A DNA stretch of 64,000 bases from the NCBI RefSeq assembly GCF_009914755.1, contig NC_060937.1. One strand, given 5' to 3'. Source of the DNA: the human T2T-CHM13v2.0 reference genome, Homo sapiens. The notes under the pieces were generated by a model. The model did no database searches. It saw only the letters and a list, made by a program, of their open reading frames with translations, and was not told the origin of the DNA. Positions within the stretch are counted from its first letter, which is position 1; the number at the start of each line of letters is the position of its first letter. The translations under genes and the position numbers were made by a program. Positions 13,600 to 38,609 of the stretch are shown piece after piece.

Positions 13600-14205
13600 T
13601 TAAACTTTGAGACGAAGCAAATATCCTGCACCTAATCAAACTTTACCTTATGGTTCAGATTCCATAAATGTCGGGATTTTTTTTTCCCACCTCCTTCAAG
13701 CCTTCCACATTTGTCAATCCAGATGCTGCTATAGAGCAGAACCCTACTTATTTATTTATTCACTATCAGTATGAATTTATGGATTCCTTTTCTTCAGGGG
13801 GTTATACTCCATTGCTCTCCTTACTTATTTACTATTAATAGACTATTTTTAGGATGGTTTTAAATGCACATAAAAATCGAGCAAATGGTAGAGTTCCCAT
13901 GTACCCACCCCCCCACACACACAGTTTCCCTTATTACTAACCTCTTACATTGTTACAACTAATGACCTAACATTGATACTTTAACATTAATTTGTTATAA
14001 CTTATTATAACATATAATATGTAACATTAAGTTACATATCAGTTATATATTAGTTATATAACTTATTCATTATTCAACTTTCCTTCATTTTTACCTAAAT
14101 GCCCTCTCTGTTCAAGGGTTCTATCCAGGATACCACCTTACATTTAGTTATCATGTTTCCTTAGGCTCCTTTTGGCTGCGACAATTTCTTAAATTTATTT
14201 TTTAA

Positions 14206-14562
<357 letters not shown>

Positions 14563-14671
14563 TGACAATTTTGAGGAAAACTGATCAGGTATCTTGTAGC
14601 ATGCTCTTATATTGGGATTTGTCTGATGTTTTTCGCAGCCTCCAGAACTGTGAGAAATAAGTTTGTTATTT

Positions 14672-15301
<630 letters not shown>

Positions 15302-15378
15302 AGAATGTGCTACTTTTTATAGGAGCACAAAGATACTAAGATAGGGTGTTCTGCTCCTTCTCCTTTAGGGTGGAATAT

Positions 15379-15830
15379 TGTAGGGGAGGGAAAAATAATT
15401 TGCTTCTACCCTTTGGTTCTCAGCTGAAACTCTGTAACTAAAGAAAAGTATACAGATTTATTTAACATACGTTTTAGACGACATAGAAACCTTCATAAGT
15501 TTATGAAGACCTGAAAAAATAGTTAAACCTGAGTGTTTTATACAAGGTTTGATGAAGAGAGGAGTCATAGAAAAATGTGATAGGACGAAGGAGGTATGAG
15601 CTAAGTGTAGTAAACTGGGGGAAATTAGCCAGGCTTGTTTACATTCCTGTTGGTGTCCCTGTATTTTCAAAAGTAAGGTTGTTCCTTTTCTCCACAAAGA
15701 GGAAGGGCATCTCTCACATGAGAGTCTTATGACTTGCCTCAGGAGAAGGTCAAAGAGCCCTTCTTGCACCTGCCATTTCTCAGATACTTCAGCTTAAAAT
15801 ATTTGATATGTCAAAATTGTGCCATAACTT
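15379..15830. mobile_element. Probable old ERV solo LTR (family not determined)
   Basis: Starts tgtaggggagg; general similarity to MER-class LTRs only. Confidence 0.45.
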
Positions 15831-15844
15831 AAGAAACAAATTAA

Positions 15845-18701
<2,857 letters not shown>

Positions 18702-18829
18702 CTATGAATTAACCAGCCTCAGCCTCAGATATTCCCTTATAGCAACACAAAATGGACTAAGTCCATGGTGTCATTAAGTAGGAAAAGAAAAGCTAGCAAG
18801 AGAAATGGGCCATGTAGTGAGTAAAGGGG

Positions 18830-19290
18830 GATAAGTATTGATGAATTCAGTTTTGTACATGGTACATATTATTTGCCTGGAAGATCACCAAATGGTAGTG
18901 TTGGGGATTTGTCTGGATTTAAGAGAGGGGTTGGAGATGGAGGTGTTGGGAGTTTTTAGTGTGGAAGAACTAGTTGAAGCCTTAGGCTTAGCCAGACTGA
19001 TTCAAGGAGAATATGAAGATTACCTAAGAAAACTAGAAGACTGAGATAAAAATTCTCAAGATCATCGATATTGAACAAGCAGGAAAGAAGAGGAACCTGC
19101 AAAAAAGAACAGAGAGGTGGGAGGTGAAAGTATCAAAAAGAAGGTGATGACCAAGAGCGTTAAATGCCCCAGGGAGAGGGGGACAACTAGGAATCCAAGG
19201 AACTGGAGGTGAGGAGCTCACAGCAGGCATTAGTGAGGGCAGTTTCCACGGCATGGTGGGAGTTGGAAGCCTCATTAAAGTAAGGTTTAA
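18830..19290 (-). mobile_element. L2 relic
   Basis: Purine-rich degenerate L2-like tract (gagggcagtttcc..gtggg..ggaagcc). Confidence 0.55.
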
Positions 19291-20329
19291 CTGTGAGTAA
19301 GAAGTGGGTTTTTTTATAGCATGGTTATGAGATTGTTATGACGTCTGTAATATAACAGATACATAATTTTTTATATAGACAATATCGTATATAAATGTGT
19401 GTTAAAGCCACATGGTAGATGCAGCTAGCATTCTAATCAGTCATTTATATGGGGAGCAGGAGAGAGTCAGCTAGCTTTATATCAAAAAGACTGTGTTCCA
19501 GAGGGACTACAACCACCCCTTTAGCTATTTATACCTCCATCAACACTACTTTGCTCATTAATGTCATAAATGACTTTTCAAAACTAATGGCTTGTAAATA
19601 TCATGAAGGACATAAGAAATGGATTCTCACTGGTGAAATTAAAGGTATTCAAGTTAAAATATTTTGGAGACACTCCCTCCCTTTACTGAACAAATGATAA
19701 GAACAGAATGAAGACTGTAGCCCACACCTGTTGAGATGACATTCAACTATAAGTCAGTAGGAATTCTGGTTGTCTGATGTCAACCATGAAAACTATAACA
19801 TCTGCCTAAAAAGAACCTTTCATGCAACATAGTAGTCAGAGTACTAAAAGGACAAAGAACGGTCATCAGGCTTACTACTAAGTAGGCTCTATAAGCTATT
19901 CCATGCCTGCTTGCTAAACAAAAATGTTTGATATATCTGTAAGTGAGACAGAAACTTGCTCTCAAAGTTGCCGGGAGAAGGTTTTTTTACTTGATTCTAA
20001 CAACTGAAGGCAACTGTTGTCTATCAAAAAATAATCATAAGAATTGGGTTAATAAATTTGCGTGGTCAGCTCACAATAAAAATAACGAAGAGAGATGGGG
20101 CTTTGGCAGAAGATTTTAGGGCTATCTGTCTGTGCTCTTGGCTGCTTTGCTTTATCTGAGGTGTCATGGCCTTACCATCCTAAAAGGCATAACCTGTTCA
20201 CATTTGATAGATGATTGATTTTATCATTGCTTAGATGACAGACAACCAAAACTTTATAATTTATTCCCCCAAGGATGAGATCCCAAGAGTTAAAAAGTGA
20301 TAGCAACAGCTGAATTACACTTTTACAGC

Positions 20330-22470
<2,141 letters not shown>

Positions 22471-23839
22471 CATAGTGATAGGGAGATCCAGTAATAGAAA
22501 AATAGATATTTTCAAGTACTTGAATAGAAAGAAAATTCTTTGAAGGAAACTAAATGAAAAAAAAAAAGGATTACATTTAACAATTTTTTTTAGCTGAAAA
22601 CATTGGGGAAAAAATTGCTGCAGAGATTATTAGAGAATATTTTCTTCTCTTAACGTGTCTTTTCTGTTAACTTTCCTGGATAAGGGGATAAGGAGGCTGC
22701 CCAGTCCAGGAAATCTTGGGGTTCTACTGTCTTTAAGGCAGTGATGTTGGTGTCTCTTCTGATATTTTACTTCACAGGATGGTTGACAGAGTGTAGCCGC
22801 CTCCAACTCCTAGCAGTAAAGAAGATAAACACTGTTCAAGGAGGCTTTGCCTTGAGGCATGTGTTATAAGTTACTCTTAAGAATTGAATTTCACACTTTT
22901 CCTTAAATGTCATGAGAATGAGAATCTTAAAAGCAGGAAAAATTATCAATCATCAGTAAACATGAAAAGTATTTTCATTTGATCAAAAGACAAGCTTATG
23001 ACGGTTTTCTTCCAGCCCATTCTTGGACACCACAAATTGGGCTGGCTTCCTGAACGTGCACCCCATTTTCAGTTCAGAGAACCGTGCTCCAAAGGGTAAA
23101 TACACAAGTGTCTTTGTTTTATGGATTTTCCTGTTAACAATTATAGGGGAAACAAAATGTACCAAGAGGACAATTCCAGAGGTTTCACATTTCGACAGTG
23201 TCACAGCAATGTCCCTTCTCCTGTGCAGTTACAGTGCCCCCACAGCAATGGCCACAGGATTATCTCAGCCCTGTCAGTTTCCGCTGGAAGGCCCAGGTTG
23301 TCAGGTGTGCAGGCCTCATTTGTCCTTGACTTCTGCCCAACACAAGTATCAGAAGAGGGAATTTCTACAAAGAAGTTGGTCATCAAATCATGGTGAAATG
23401 TACTTCCCAGCACCAAAGGACTGGAATGGCAAATGTATGGTGTAATCTCATTTTGTGAAAGGAAGGAGGAAAAGGAAAAGAAGAAGCAAAGAAGAAACAT
23501 CATATATGTGTATACATATTTGTAGAAACTTGAACAGTGATGTGGAAGTAGACATTCCATGACATAAACAGAGCTTGCCTCGAGAGGAGTTTAGTGCAGT
23601 GAGGACTGGCAGGGAGATGATTAACTTTTTCTTTATGTATCTCTGTATTTTTGACTTGTTACAAGAATATATTAAATGCATTTTTACAAGTTCAATTCTA
23701 TTCTATAGCATTGTTTTATAGTGATTGGATGAAAATTATTATACTATTTTTAACATGAACACATGCAAATCCTCCTAAAGTTATATTTATTCACTTATTC
23801 TCTGCAAGACATACTTCTACTTTAAGTTTAGAATCAGTA

Positions 23840-24075
23840 TCATTTATGGCTAAAAGTGTGGATTCCAAAGGCGGATTGCCTGGATTCAAATTCAGGCTCT
23901 TCCTCCTACTGGGTATATGACCTTCAGCAAAGTACAAAACCCTTCTGAGCCTTGGTTTTTTAGCTTGTATAATGGAAATGATAATAGTTCTACTTCACAG
24001 GACTGCTCAGGAGATTTAATGAATCAAATATGTAGTGCATTTACAATAGTGTCTGGCAAACTATATGTTAGTTAT
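23840..24075 (+). mobile_element. MIR
   Basis: cctggattcaaattcaggctct...gaccttcagcaa...ctgagcct...aatggaaatgataatag core. Confidence 0.75.
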
Positions 24076-24386
24076 TTTAAAGTTTTCTGTGTGGAGAACC
24101 CATCATTTATGAATGTAGATTATAGAAGCTGAGGTTTTTGCAATATTTTTTATTGCCACAGGGCTAAAAATCTCCATAGTAATATACTTGTGCAAAATGC
24201 ACATAAAATGCTATGTACTATGAATTTTAAGTAACAATTATACTAAAATCTTGAATATTTACTGGGATGTTTAAATTATAATAAAATAAGATTTTTGGAT
24301 TATAGTGCATATAGTGCATGTATAATAAATATGGAGAAAGGAAGACAGCAAGTACACCTTTACATGAAAATCAAAGCTGTCACAAG

Positions 24387-24996
<610 letters not shown>

Positions 24997-25384
24997 TCAC
25001 AAGAAAACACCAATGGGTGCTTAAGGATTATAAATGTGTCCAGAACTTTTCTGGCTACTATGGGATGAGCTGTAGGGGATCCTGGTGGGTACAGAGATGT
25101 GGATGTGCTGAGGAGGTCATAGTGGGTAGGTTTGGTGCTACCTTCTAGAACACTTCACCACATTCTTCTCCACAGCTATAAGGGTGGAAACAGACATTTA
25201 ACACAACCAGGCAAAAGACATTGCTCATAGACTTTTCTTTCCTCCATGAAGTAAACAGGCCTTTCCCCCCCGACTTTTTTCCCAATTTTTGTGGGTTTTT
25301 TGTTTTAATTTTTAATTAATTATTTATTTTTTTGTTTGTTTGTTGGTCTTTCCCTTTTAGATAATGTCCTTGGGAACATGGCTT

Positions 25385-25708
25385 TTCTCTCTCTCTCTCT
25401 CTCTCTTTTCTTCTTCTTTTTTTTGAGACAGAATCTTGCTCTGTCGCTCAGGCTGGAGTGCAGTGGTGTGATCTCGGCTCACAGCAACCTCCGGCTCCCA
25501 GGTTTATGTGATTCTCCTGTCTCAGCCTCCTGAGTAGCTGGGACTACAGGCGCCCACCACCATGTCTGGCTAATTTTTTTTTTTTTTTAGTAGAGATGGG
25601 GTTTCACCATGTTAAACAGTCTGGTCTCGACCTCCTGACCTCAAGTGATCCACCCACCTCTGCCTCCCAAAGTGTTGGGATTACAGGCGTGAGCCACTGC
25701 GCCCAGCC
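25385..25708 (-). mobile_element. AluS with (CT)n-degenerated tail
   Basis: Alu consensus. Confidence 0.92.
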
Positions 25709-25922
25709 ACTTTTCTCTTCTTCACCCTCACCTCTTCACCATGACCTTTCCTTCATCATCCCCATGCTTGATCTTTCTACAGCGTTTATCACTCCAAACA
25801 ACAGGGTCAACCACCACTGCCTCCTCTCTCTGACTCTCCCTTCTAAGTCACTTCACTGCACTTATCTTCCTATTTCTTACTCCGTGCAGTGGATCTCTAG
25901 ATTCCCTCATCTTTGAACAGAG

Positions 25923-26283
25923 GTGCTATGGACTGAATATGTCCCCTCCCAAACTTATAAGTTGGAACTTAATCATCAATGTGATCATATTAAGAAGTGG
26001 GCATTTAGGGAGCGATTAAGTCATGAGGGCAGAGTCCTCATGAATGGTATTAGCTCCCTTATAAAAGACGTGCAAGGGAGCTGTTTACCTCTTCCACCAT
26101 GTGAGGACACAGCTAAATGGCACCATACATGAACCAGGAAACAGGCTCTTGATAGATGCTGAATCTGCTGGTACCTTGATCTTGAACTTCCCAGCCTCTG
26201 GAACCATGGGAAGTAAATTTCTATTATTTATAAACACCCAGTGTAAAGTATTTTGTCATAGCAGCCCAAACAGACTAAGACAA
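25923..26283 (+). mobile_element. MLT1A-like LTR
   Basis: tgctatggactgaat ... gcagcccaaacagactaagaca termini. Confidence 0.85.
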
Positions 26284-27748
26284 GAGGCACACGCAAGCTT
26301 AATCTTTTAAAAATTTTTATTTATTTAATATTTAAATATATATACACACATTCATGTCATTTAAAACTCAAAGATACCAAAGGATATTCTGTGAAAAGTC
26401 CCTTTTTACCCCAGCCTCTCCTGAAAGCAACTGTGCTCCTTCCAGAGACATTTTATATATGTATATGCATATGCCTACATATTGTACGTCTGTATATATA
26501 CACATTCAAATGTACAATATGCATGTGCTGTTTTCCTCTTTTTTTCACATAGTAGCATCAGTACATCCTGTTAAGCATCTTGCTTTTCTTAAATAACAAT
26601 GTAACTCTAAGATCATCCTATATACATGCAGAAAGAACTTCCTCATTCTTTTTTACTACTGCACAGTATTCCATTGTGTGAATGTATCATAATTGTTTTT
26701 AGTAAGTCCTCTATTGATGATGGTTTAAGTTGTTTCTAATCTTTTGTTCTTACAAATAAGTCAAAATATAGTTCTGAGGTTCCTGTTTTTCTCATTCCAT
26801 ATCTCCCTTCCCACTTTCCCCACCAACCAAACATCTCATTCAATTATGGCTTTACTCATCACCAGGCACTAGACAACTGACAACCAATTTATCTCCTGCT
26901 CTGTTCTCTTTTATAAGCTCAAGTCTCACATTCCCAACTGCCTATAGAGGAAGAATCCACTCCCTAAGACTAAGCATATCCAAAGTAAAAAAAAAAATCC
27001 TCCCCTCCCACTCTGTCCTGCTTGTGCTAATTTTATCTGGGGTGCATAGCACTTATTCACAATTCCCCTCACTTATTCATACTCACTCATGCTGCTGCTG
27101 TTGCCATGTTTTCAATGTCCCCATATACAGTCCACAACCACCTACCATCCCAGAAACAAGAAACTAGAGTTGTATGGTTATGCATGGAGATAACCAAGAG
27201 CTCATCAGATTGCATGCATGAGCACCCATCTTGAAATGCCATTTGAGCACCTCACGCCCATCTCATCATTGAGAACCTTCAAAAAGTGTTCTTGCATGTT
27301 TCATACAGATTCACTCATCTTTCATTTCCTTCAGTTTTAGAGACCTAGCCAAGCTAAGGGAATAAATCAAAATCAACTGATAACAAGGGTGAGGTTTCTC
27401 AAACTGAAACATCCTGTTAATGTGGAGTAAGACCACCTCCATAGGTGGTCTTCAGGTATAAGGCCATGAGTCTTCAGGTACAAGGCCTAACACCTGTGGC
27501 ATGTAGTGATGCAGCATTTTTCTCTTCCTTATAGTCCTCTGAAATAGAAAGTTTGTTCAAGAGACAATGGACATGTTCACTGCAGTAGAATGTTACAACA
27601 AAGTAAATGAGAACAATAACCCTAGGACAGGGAGGCTACTGCTCACTGCTCAAGCATCTGCAGCATACTCCTGAGGGGACACATTAAGTCAGCAGAGAGA
27701 CATTTCCCAAAATAAACAGGAAGGGAAATATAGATGGAGGAGTCATAG

Positions 27749-28122
27749 TGTGGAGGCTAAAGTGACTCCATCTTGGAAGCTAATCCACCATGTTGACTTC
27801 TGATTAACCCTGGTCCCTGGAATGCCTCTCAAATTTCCATTTTATCTATTGTTCTTTGTGTAAGAACATATGCCTACCATAAATCCTGCCTTTTGATCAA
27901 ATTATACGCCTGCCTTTCTTCATGGTGTATAATCCCTGGTTCTGGGGGATAATGGTGTGGAGATCTACCTGTTTCACAGCTTCTTAAGACCATGCTTCTG
28001 TCCCTAAGTTCCCAAATGAAATCACCTTATAACAAGTGGGATTTGTCTGCCTCCTTCTTTGGTTTACTGGCTCCTTCTATGTTTGGAGGTCAATTTGCAT
28101 ATACAGCCTTTTCATAAAACAC
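27749..28122 (+). mobile_element. ERV1-class solo LTR (subfamily uncertain)
   Basis: tgtggaggctaaagtgactccatcttgga start, ends ...aaaaca. Confidence 0.6.
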
Positions 28123-28214
28123 ACATGAAAGCAGAAAGACCCAGTGCTGGACACCTAGAGCTAGAAACCTTAGCTCTAGGTTTTTAAACTCTAGAGCTTA
28201 TATATCTTAAATAT

Positions 28215-28817
28215 GGTTGTCATTGTGGAAAACAATGTGGCAATTCCTCAAAGGCCTAAAAACAGAAATACTGTTTGACCTAGCAATTCTATTACTGGGT
28301 ATATACCTGAAGGAATACAAGTTGTTCTATTATAAAGACACATACATGTGTATGTTTATTGCAGCACTATTTGCAATAGCAAAGATATGGAATCAACCTA
28401 AATGCCCATCAATGATAAAGAAAATGTGGTACATATACACCATGGAATACTAATGCAGCCATAAAAAAGAATGAGATCATGTCCTTTGCAGGGACCATGA
28501 TGAAGCTAGAGCCATTATCCTTAGCAAACTATTGCAGGAACAGAAAACCAAATATGCATGTTCTCACTTATAAGTGGGAGCTAAATAACGAGAACACAGG
28601 GACACATAGAGAGGAACAACACACACTGGGGCCTACCGGAGGGTAGAGAGTGGGAGGAGAGAGAGGATCAGGAAAAACAACTAATGGGTACTAGGCTTAA
28701 TACCTGGGTGATGAAATAATCTGTGCAACAAACCCACAAGACACAAGTTTTCCTATGGAACAAATCTGCACCTGCACCCCTGAACTTAAAGTTAAAATAA
28801 ATAAATAAATAAATAAA
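28215..28817 (+). mobile_element. Old L1PA/L1PB 3' end with (AAAT)n tail
   Basis: LWKTMWQFLK...WNQPKCPS...WYIYTMEY translation; L1 3'UTR. Confidence 0.92.
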
Positions 28818-29002
28818 TGTATTATCTTATATATACACAAACACACATATGGTTGCCTAACTTTACATCTTCCACAACTCAATATAAACATATTACATGA
28901 AGAATTTAGTTTCTGGAGAATCCTGTACAGGGATCTCTAGCTCAGGTGAATGTAAAATCTAGCATCTGGCTTCCAGTTTGAAATGGAAAACAGGGATGAT
29001 GC

Positions 29003-29287
29003 TGTATTAGACCATTCTCACACTGCTGTAAAGAACTGCCCAAGACTGAGTAATTTAGAAACAAAAGAGGTTTAATTGACTCACAGTTCAGCATGGCTGG
29101 GGAGACCTCAGGAAACTTATAATCATGGTGAAAGGTGGAGGGGAAGCAAGTCACCTTCTTCACAAGGTGGTAGGAGAGAGAAATGCCGAGCGAAGGGGAA
29201 AGAGCCCCTTACAAAACTATTAGAACTTGAGAGAACTCACTCACTATCAGGAGAACAGCACAGGACACAAAGCCTAACCAATATCAG
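29003..29287 (-). mobile_element. MST/THE1 LTR, internally deleted
   Basis: tgtattagaccattctcacactgct ... cctaaccaatatca. Confidence 0.85.
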
Positions 29288-29415
29288 GTGCCATGGATGG
29301 ACCAGACACTTTGAGGAATTTTTTGGAAGGTATGAAGCTGATAAGATGGACCAAACTTCACTTCATAGAGTTAATAAAACTGTATAATAAACTGCATGTA
29401 TTTTAAAGTCTATGA

Positions 29416-30051
<636 letters not shown>

Positions 30052-30081
30052 TGATTTCCTTGTGTCACTATATATTAGTTA

Positions 30082-30435
<354 letters not shown>

Positions 30436-30489
30436 TCATTCCACAAAATTATTTTGTCAATGCCTTTGAAAAGGGGGAGAAAGAAAAAT

Positions 30490-33320
<2,831 letters not shown>

Positions 33321-33613
33321 TAGAGTTTTATCAATTGCATTGAACTCTTTTACTGAACTAGCTATTATTACGTTGATTTTTAATTTTCTTCTGTTTTGTT
33401 TTCATTAATATTCACTCTGATCTTTATTATTTCCATTCTTCTGTATAAGTTTTATTTGCCCTCTTTTTTTTTCTAGTTTTTTTAAGGTGGAGGCTGGGGT
33501 CTTTGATTTGAGACTTTGTTTCTTTTCTATTCTTTTGTTTTCTGGTTTTTTTTTTTTGTTTTTTTTTTTTCAGGAAACATGTTCACAGATGTAATGCTTA
33601 AAAGATGCACTGC

Positions 33614-33900
<287 letters not shown>

Positions 33901-34084
33901 TGCACTGCCGAATGCCAAATCCCCAAAAAAAAATGTTTACGTGGTGTAACCTCTCCATGCTCAATTCTTGTCTCTCTTCCCACCCTGGTGCTTCAACTTC
34001 ACACTCACCTTCCTTCATTTAATGGAATTGGCCTCACTTCTGTCACTCTGGGGCCTTTGTACATACTGTCCTAGGTGCAAAACA

Positions 34085-34567
34085 TATTGCTGATAAAACA
34101 GGTTGTGGTAAAGAAGCTGGCCAAAACCCAGCAAAACCAAGATAGTGATGAAAGTGACTTCTGGTCATCCTCACTACTCATTATATGCTAATTATGATAC
34201 ATTAGCATGCTAAAAGACACTCCCACCAGCACCATGACAGTTTACGAATGCCATGGCAACATCTGGAAGTTACCCTATATGGTCTAAAAGGGGAGGAACC
34301 CTCAGTTCCTGGGATTGCCTACCTCTTTCCTAGAAAAATCATGAATAATCCACCCCTTGTTTAACATATAGTCAAGAAATAACTATAAGTATACTCAGTC
34401 AAGCAGCCCATGCCACTGCTCTGTCTATGGAGGAGCCATTCTTTATTCCTTTACTTTCCTAATAAACTTGCTTTCACTTTACTCTATAGACTCACCCTGA
34501 ATTCTTTCTTGTGTGAGATCCAAGAACCCTCTCTTGGGGTCTGGATCAGGACCCCTTTTTGGTAACA
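34085..34567 (+). mobile_element. MER41(B-like) LTR, 5'-truncated
   Basis: aaagacactcccaccagcaccatgacagttta, aataaacttgctttcacttt, ggggtctggatcaggacccc...ggtaaca. Confidence 0.88.
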
Positions 34568-34569
34568 CC

Positions 34570-35192
34570 TGGACATGGCCCAATTTTTGTTGTGACTTCT
34601 GAACCCAGTTCAGATAAAAAAAAATTTTCAGCTCAAACTTGGATAGCTCAAAACACAAATTCATGGAGCTTCAGAATCTGAGAACTTACCCAGGTGTTTC
34701 TAGAGGGAGGACAGAATGAGTCTGGCAGGTACCTTGTTTGGTCACTCAGTTCTCCTGAGGGTTGAGAGAAGCTCTACTTTGAATCCCACTTCCGACACCA
34801 ACTGTTAAAAGAAGAATCCTAGGCAAATTTAATTTGTCAAAGTTTAATTGAGCAAAGATTGATTCATTAATCAGGTAGCCTCCAGAATCACAGCAGATTT
34901 AAAGAGACTCCAGTGCTACTGCATAGTCAAAGAAGATTTGTGGACAGGAAAAGAAGTGATATACAGATAATGGAAGAGAGGTACAGAAGTAGCCAGACTG
35001 GTTACAGCTTTGCCTTTGCCTTATGTGAACCCAGTTTGAACAGTTGGCCACCTTTGATTGGCCAAAACTCAGTGGTTGGAAGAAGAATATGTTACAGTCT
35101 GTTTATACATCCAGTTAGGTTACAGTCTGCTATGTAGGGAGAAACCTTTCAAATATGTATAGAGGCAGCGTTAGGCTAAATTTAACTTAACA
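34570..35192 (-). mobile_element. MER57-like LTR (34803-35192) with tRNA-Leu-type PBS (34783-34800) and short internal stub
   Basis: Minus strand begins TGTTAAGTTAAATTTAGCCTAA; TGGTGTCGGAAGTGGGAT lies 2 nt after the LTR end. Confidence 0.8.
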
Positions 35193-35251
35193 AGCCCCAA
35201 GTGTGGCACCCTTCTGACCAGGCCCTGTGCAACTGCTTTGGTTGCATGCTG

Positions 35252-35607
35252 TTATGAGCAGAATGTTTTTGTTCCCCCCAAACTAATATGTTGAAATCCT
35301 AATCCTTGAGGTGATGGTAGTAAGAGGTGGGGTCTTTGGGAGGTAATTAGGTCATAATGGTGGAGCCCTCATGAATGGAATTAGTGCCCTTATAAGAAGA
35401 AATATGAGAGAGGTGATTTCTGTCTCCGCCCTGTGAGGATACAGTGAGAAGACCACCATCTGCCAACCAGGAAGTGGGTCCTCACCAGACAAAGGTCTGC
35501 AGGCACCCTGATCTTGGACTTCCAGCTTCTAGCACTGTGAGAAATGTTTGCTGTTTAGTCCACCAAGTCTGTGGTATGTTTGTCATGGCAGCCCGAACTG
35601 AGACACA
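35252..35607 (+). mobile_element. MLT1A/B LTR
   Basis: tgttatgagcagaatgtt ... ggcagcccgaactgagaca. Confidence 0.83.
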
Positions 35608-35722
35608 ACCGTGAAGCTGGGCTTGAATCTGATTCACTAGACAACGAATAGTCAATTGAAAAAATTGATCTGCAACTCCTGTGCCAATAACTACAGAGGT
35701 ATTTTTCCTTAGAAACAATCTA

Positions 35723-36040
<318 letters not shown>

Positions 36041-36929
36041 ACAATCTAAATTTCCAACAGTAGGTAAACGCTTTAAGTTTACTATTATATGTGTTATGGA
36101 TAATTATTTGACTATTAACAATGACTATCAACATTTTAATCCCATGAAAAATAAATGCTTATGCTACATTGGTGTTTGAAGGAAGTAGGATTTTTAAAAA
36201 TTGTATTTGGATTCCATGATCTAAGCTATGTATGTAGAAGAAAAATTCATAGAAAAGCCCTAAAAAGAAAGTTACCAAATAATTAAGTTTTCTTTGAGTG
36301 GTAAGCTTAGGTATGACACTTTTTAACATGTCTCTAGGGGATTTTGTCTTTTTGGGGTGGGAATTGGATAATTTCTAGTATCCAATCCAATGCCAGCTTT
36401 CTTGTCAGTATACCCATCTTCCTGGTGGAGAATCCCCATTTTCCTGGTAGAGAATACCCATTGTAGGTAGTGTTGGTGGGAGCAGTGCCACAACAAAAGC
36501 TGAAGGGATCAGATTCACCATTTCCTCTCCCTGGTACAGCCAGTGTTATGAGCACATGACCTATGATTTGGATAATTAAGTATTTTCCTAGCATTTTGAA
36601 TCTTGATCTAACGTCCCAAGGCTGTAAGTATGGTCAAAGATATTTACTGCAAGGAATCTTCATTGCACTGCTGATGGGTTTTTCTGATGATGTAGTTTCT
36701 GTTGCTATGGTTCTTGTAGCCAGCCATTCCCACACAACACTGGCATCAGTTCACTCTCACCCTGGGTCCCCAGCAGATCCTGGGTTCTATGTCCTCTAAT
36801 ATCCTTCCTGTAAACTCCCTTCTGCTTAATCTACTCAGATTTGGTGTTCATTGCTAACTCAAGTAGTATAACTTATTTATTCTTTCTGTATTTCCACATT
36901 TTCTCTGATGAAAGCATGTCACTTTGATT

Positions 36930-36949
36930 AAATATATATATATATATAA

Positions 36950-36981
<32 letters not shown>

Positions 36982-37262
36982 AATTGAGACAGAGTTTCAC
37001 TCTGTTGCCCAGTCTGGAGTGCAGTGGCACCATCTTGGCTCAGTGCAACCTCTGCCTCATGGGTTCAAGTGATTCTCCTGCCTCAGCCTCCCTAATAGCT
37101 GAGATTACAGGCACCTGCCACCATGCTGGCTAATTTTTGTATTATTAGTGGAGACAGGGTTTCACCATGATGGCCAGACTGGTCTCGAACTCCTGACCTC
37201 AAGTGATCCACCCCCCTTGGCCTCCCAAAATGTTGGGATTACAGGCGTGAGCCACTGTGCTC
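36930..37262 (-). mobile_element. AluS with (TA)n in tail
   Basis: Alu consensus. Confidence 0.93.
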
Positions 37263-37923
37263 GACAAAATAGAAGTTTTTAAATAGGAAAAACACTGCTA
37301 AATAATCCCCATATCACTTTTTGCTCAGCAGTTTTAGACAATGATTTAGTTAAAAAATAAAATCAGCTTCACATATCTAGTTTATAAAAAATAAATGTCA
37401 TCTTTATGTAACGAAACATTATTTTTAAACATAGATTTTAGAGAATAGTAAGCACAAATCCTTATAATGGAAAAATCAATAAATCACATCACTGATGGAA
37501 AATTAATGAAGCCATTAAAGTCACACATGAGTTTTTATTAAAGTCATATACTTACATTTTTAAAGCAAATATATTGAGTAGTTCTTCTGAAAAATTGCTT
37601 GCAAAATGTAATTTCAAATGACCTTGACACTAAACAGCCAAAAAATATGCTATTTCTCCAATTCCTGATTAGAAGCATAAATGGCTTCATGCACAGAATC
37701 AATAAAAATTTGTGGGAATTAATTGCATTCCACAAAATAAAATTATAAAATGTTTTATGGCATAAGTCAATTTTCTAATCCCCCCGCCCAGTTTCCTGTT
37801 CAAGGTACAAAAGTTACCAGAAGCAGACTTTCTTTATTAATAAGATAAAAATTTGTGTGGCTTTGTTATCAAGATAGTTTTGTTTTAAAAAGAGCTCCCT
37901 TAGGGTTCGCTGAAAATAATTGC

Positions 37924-38609
<686 letters not shown>

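Noticed and set aside
23023-23445. 140-aa ORF in unique-looking DNA
   Set aside because: Non-ATG start, no recognisable homology or supporting splice structure.
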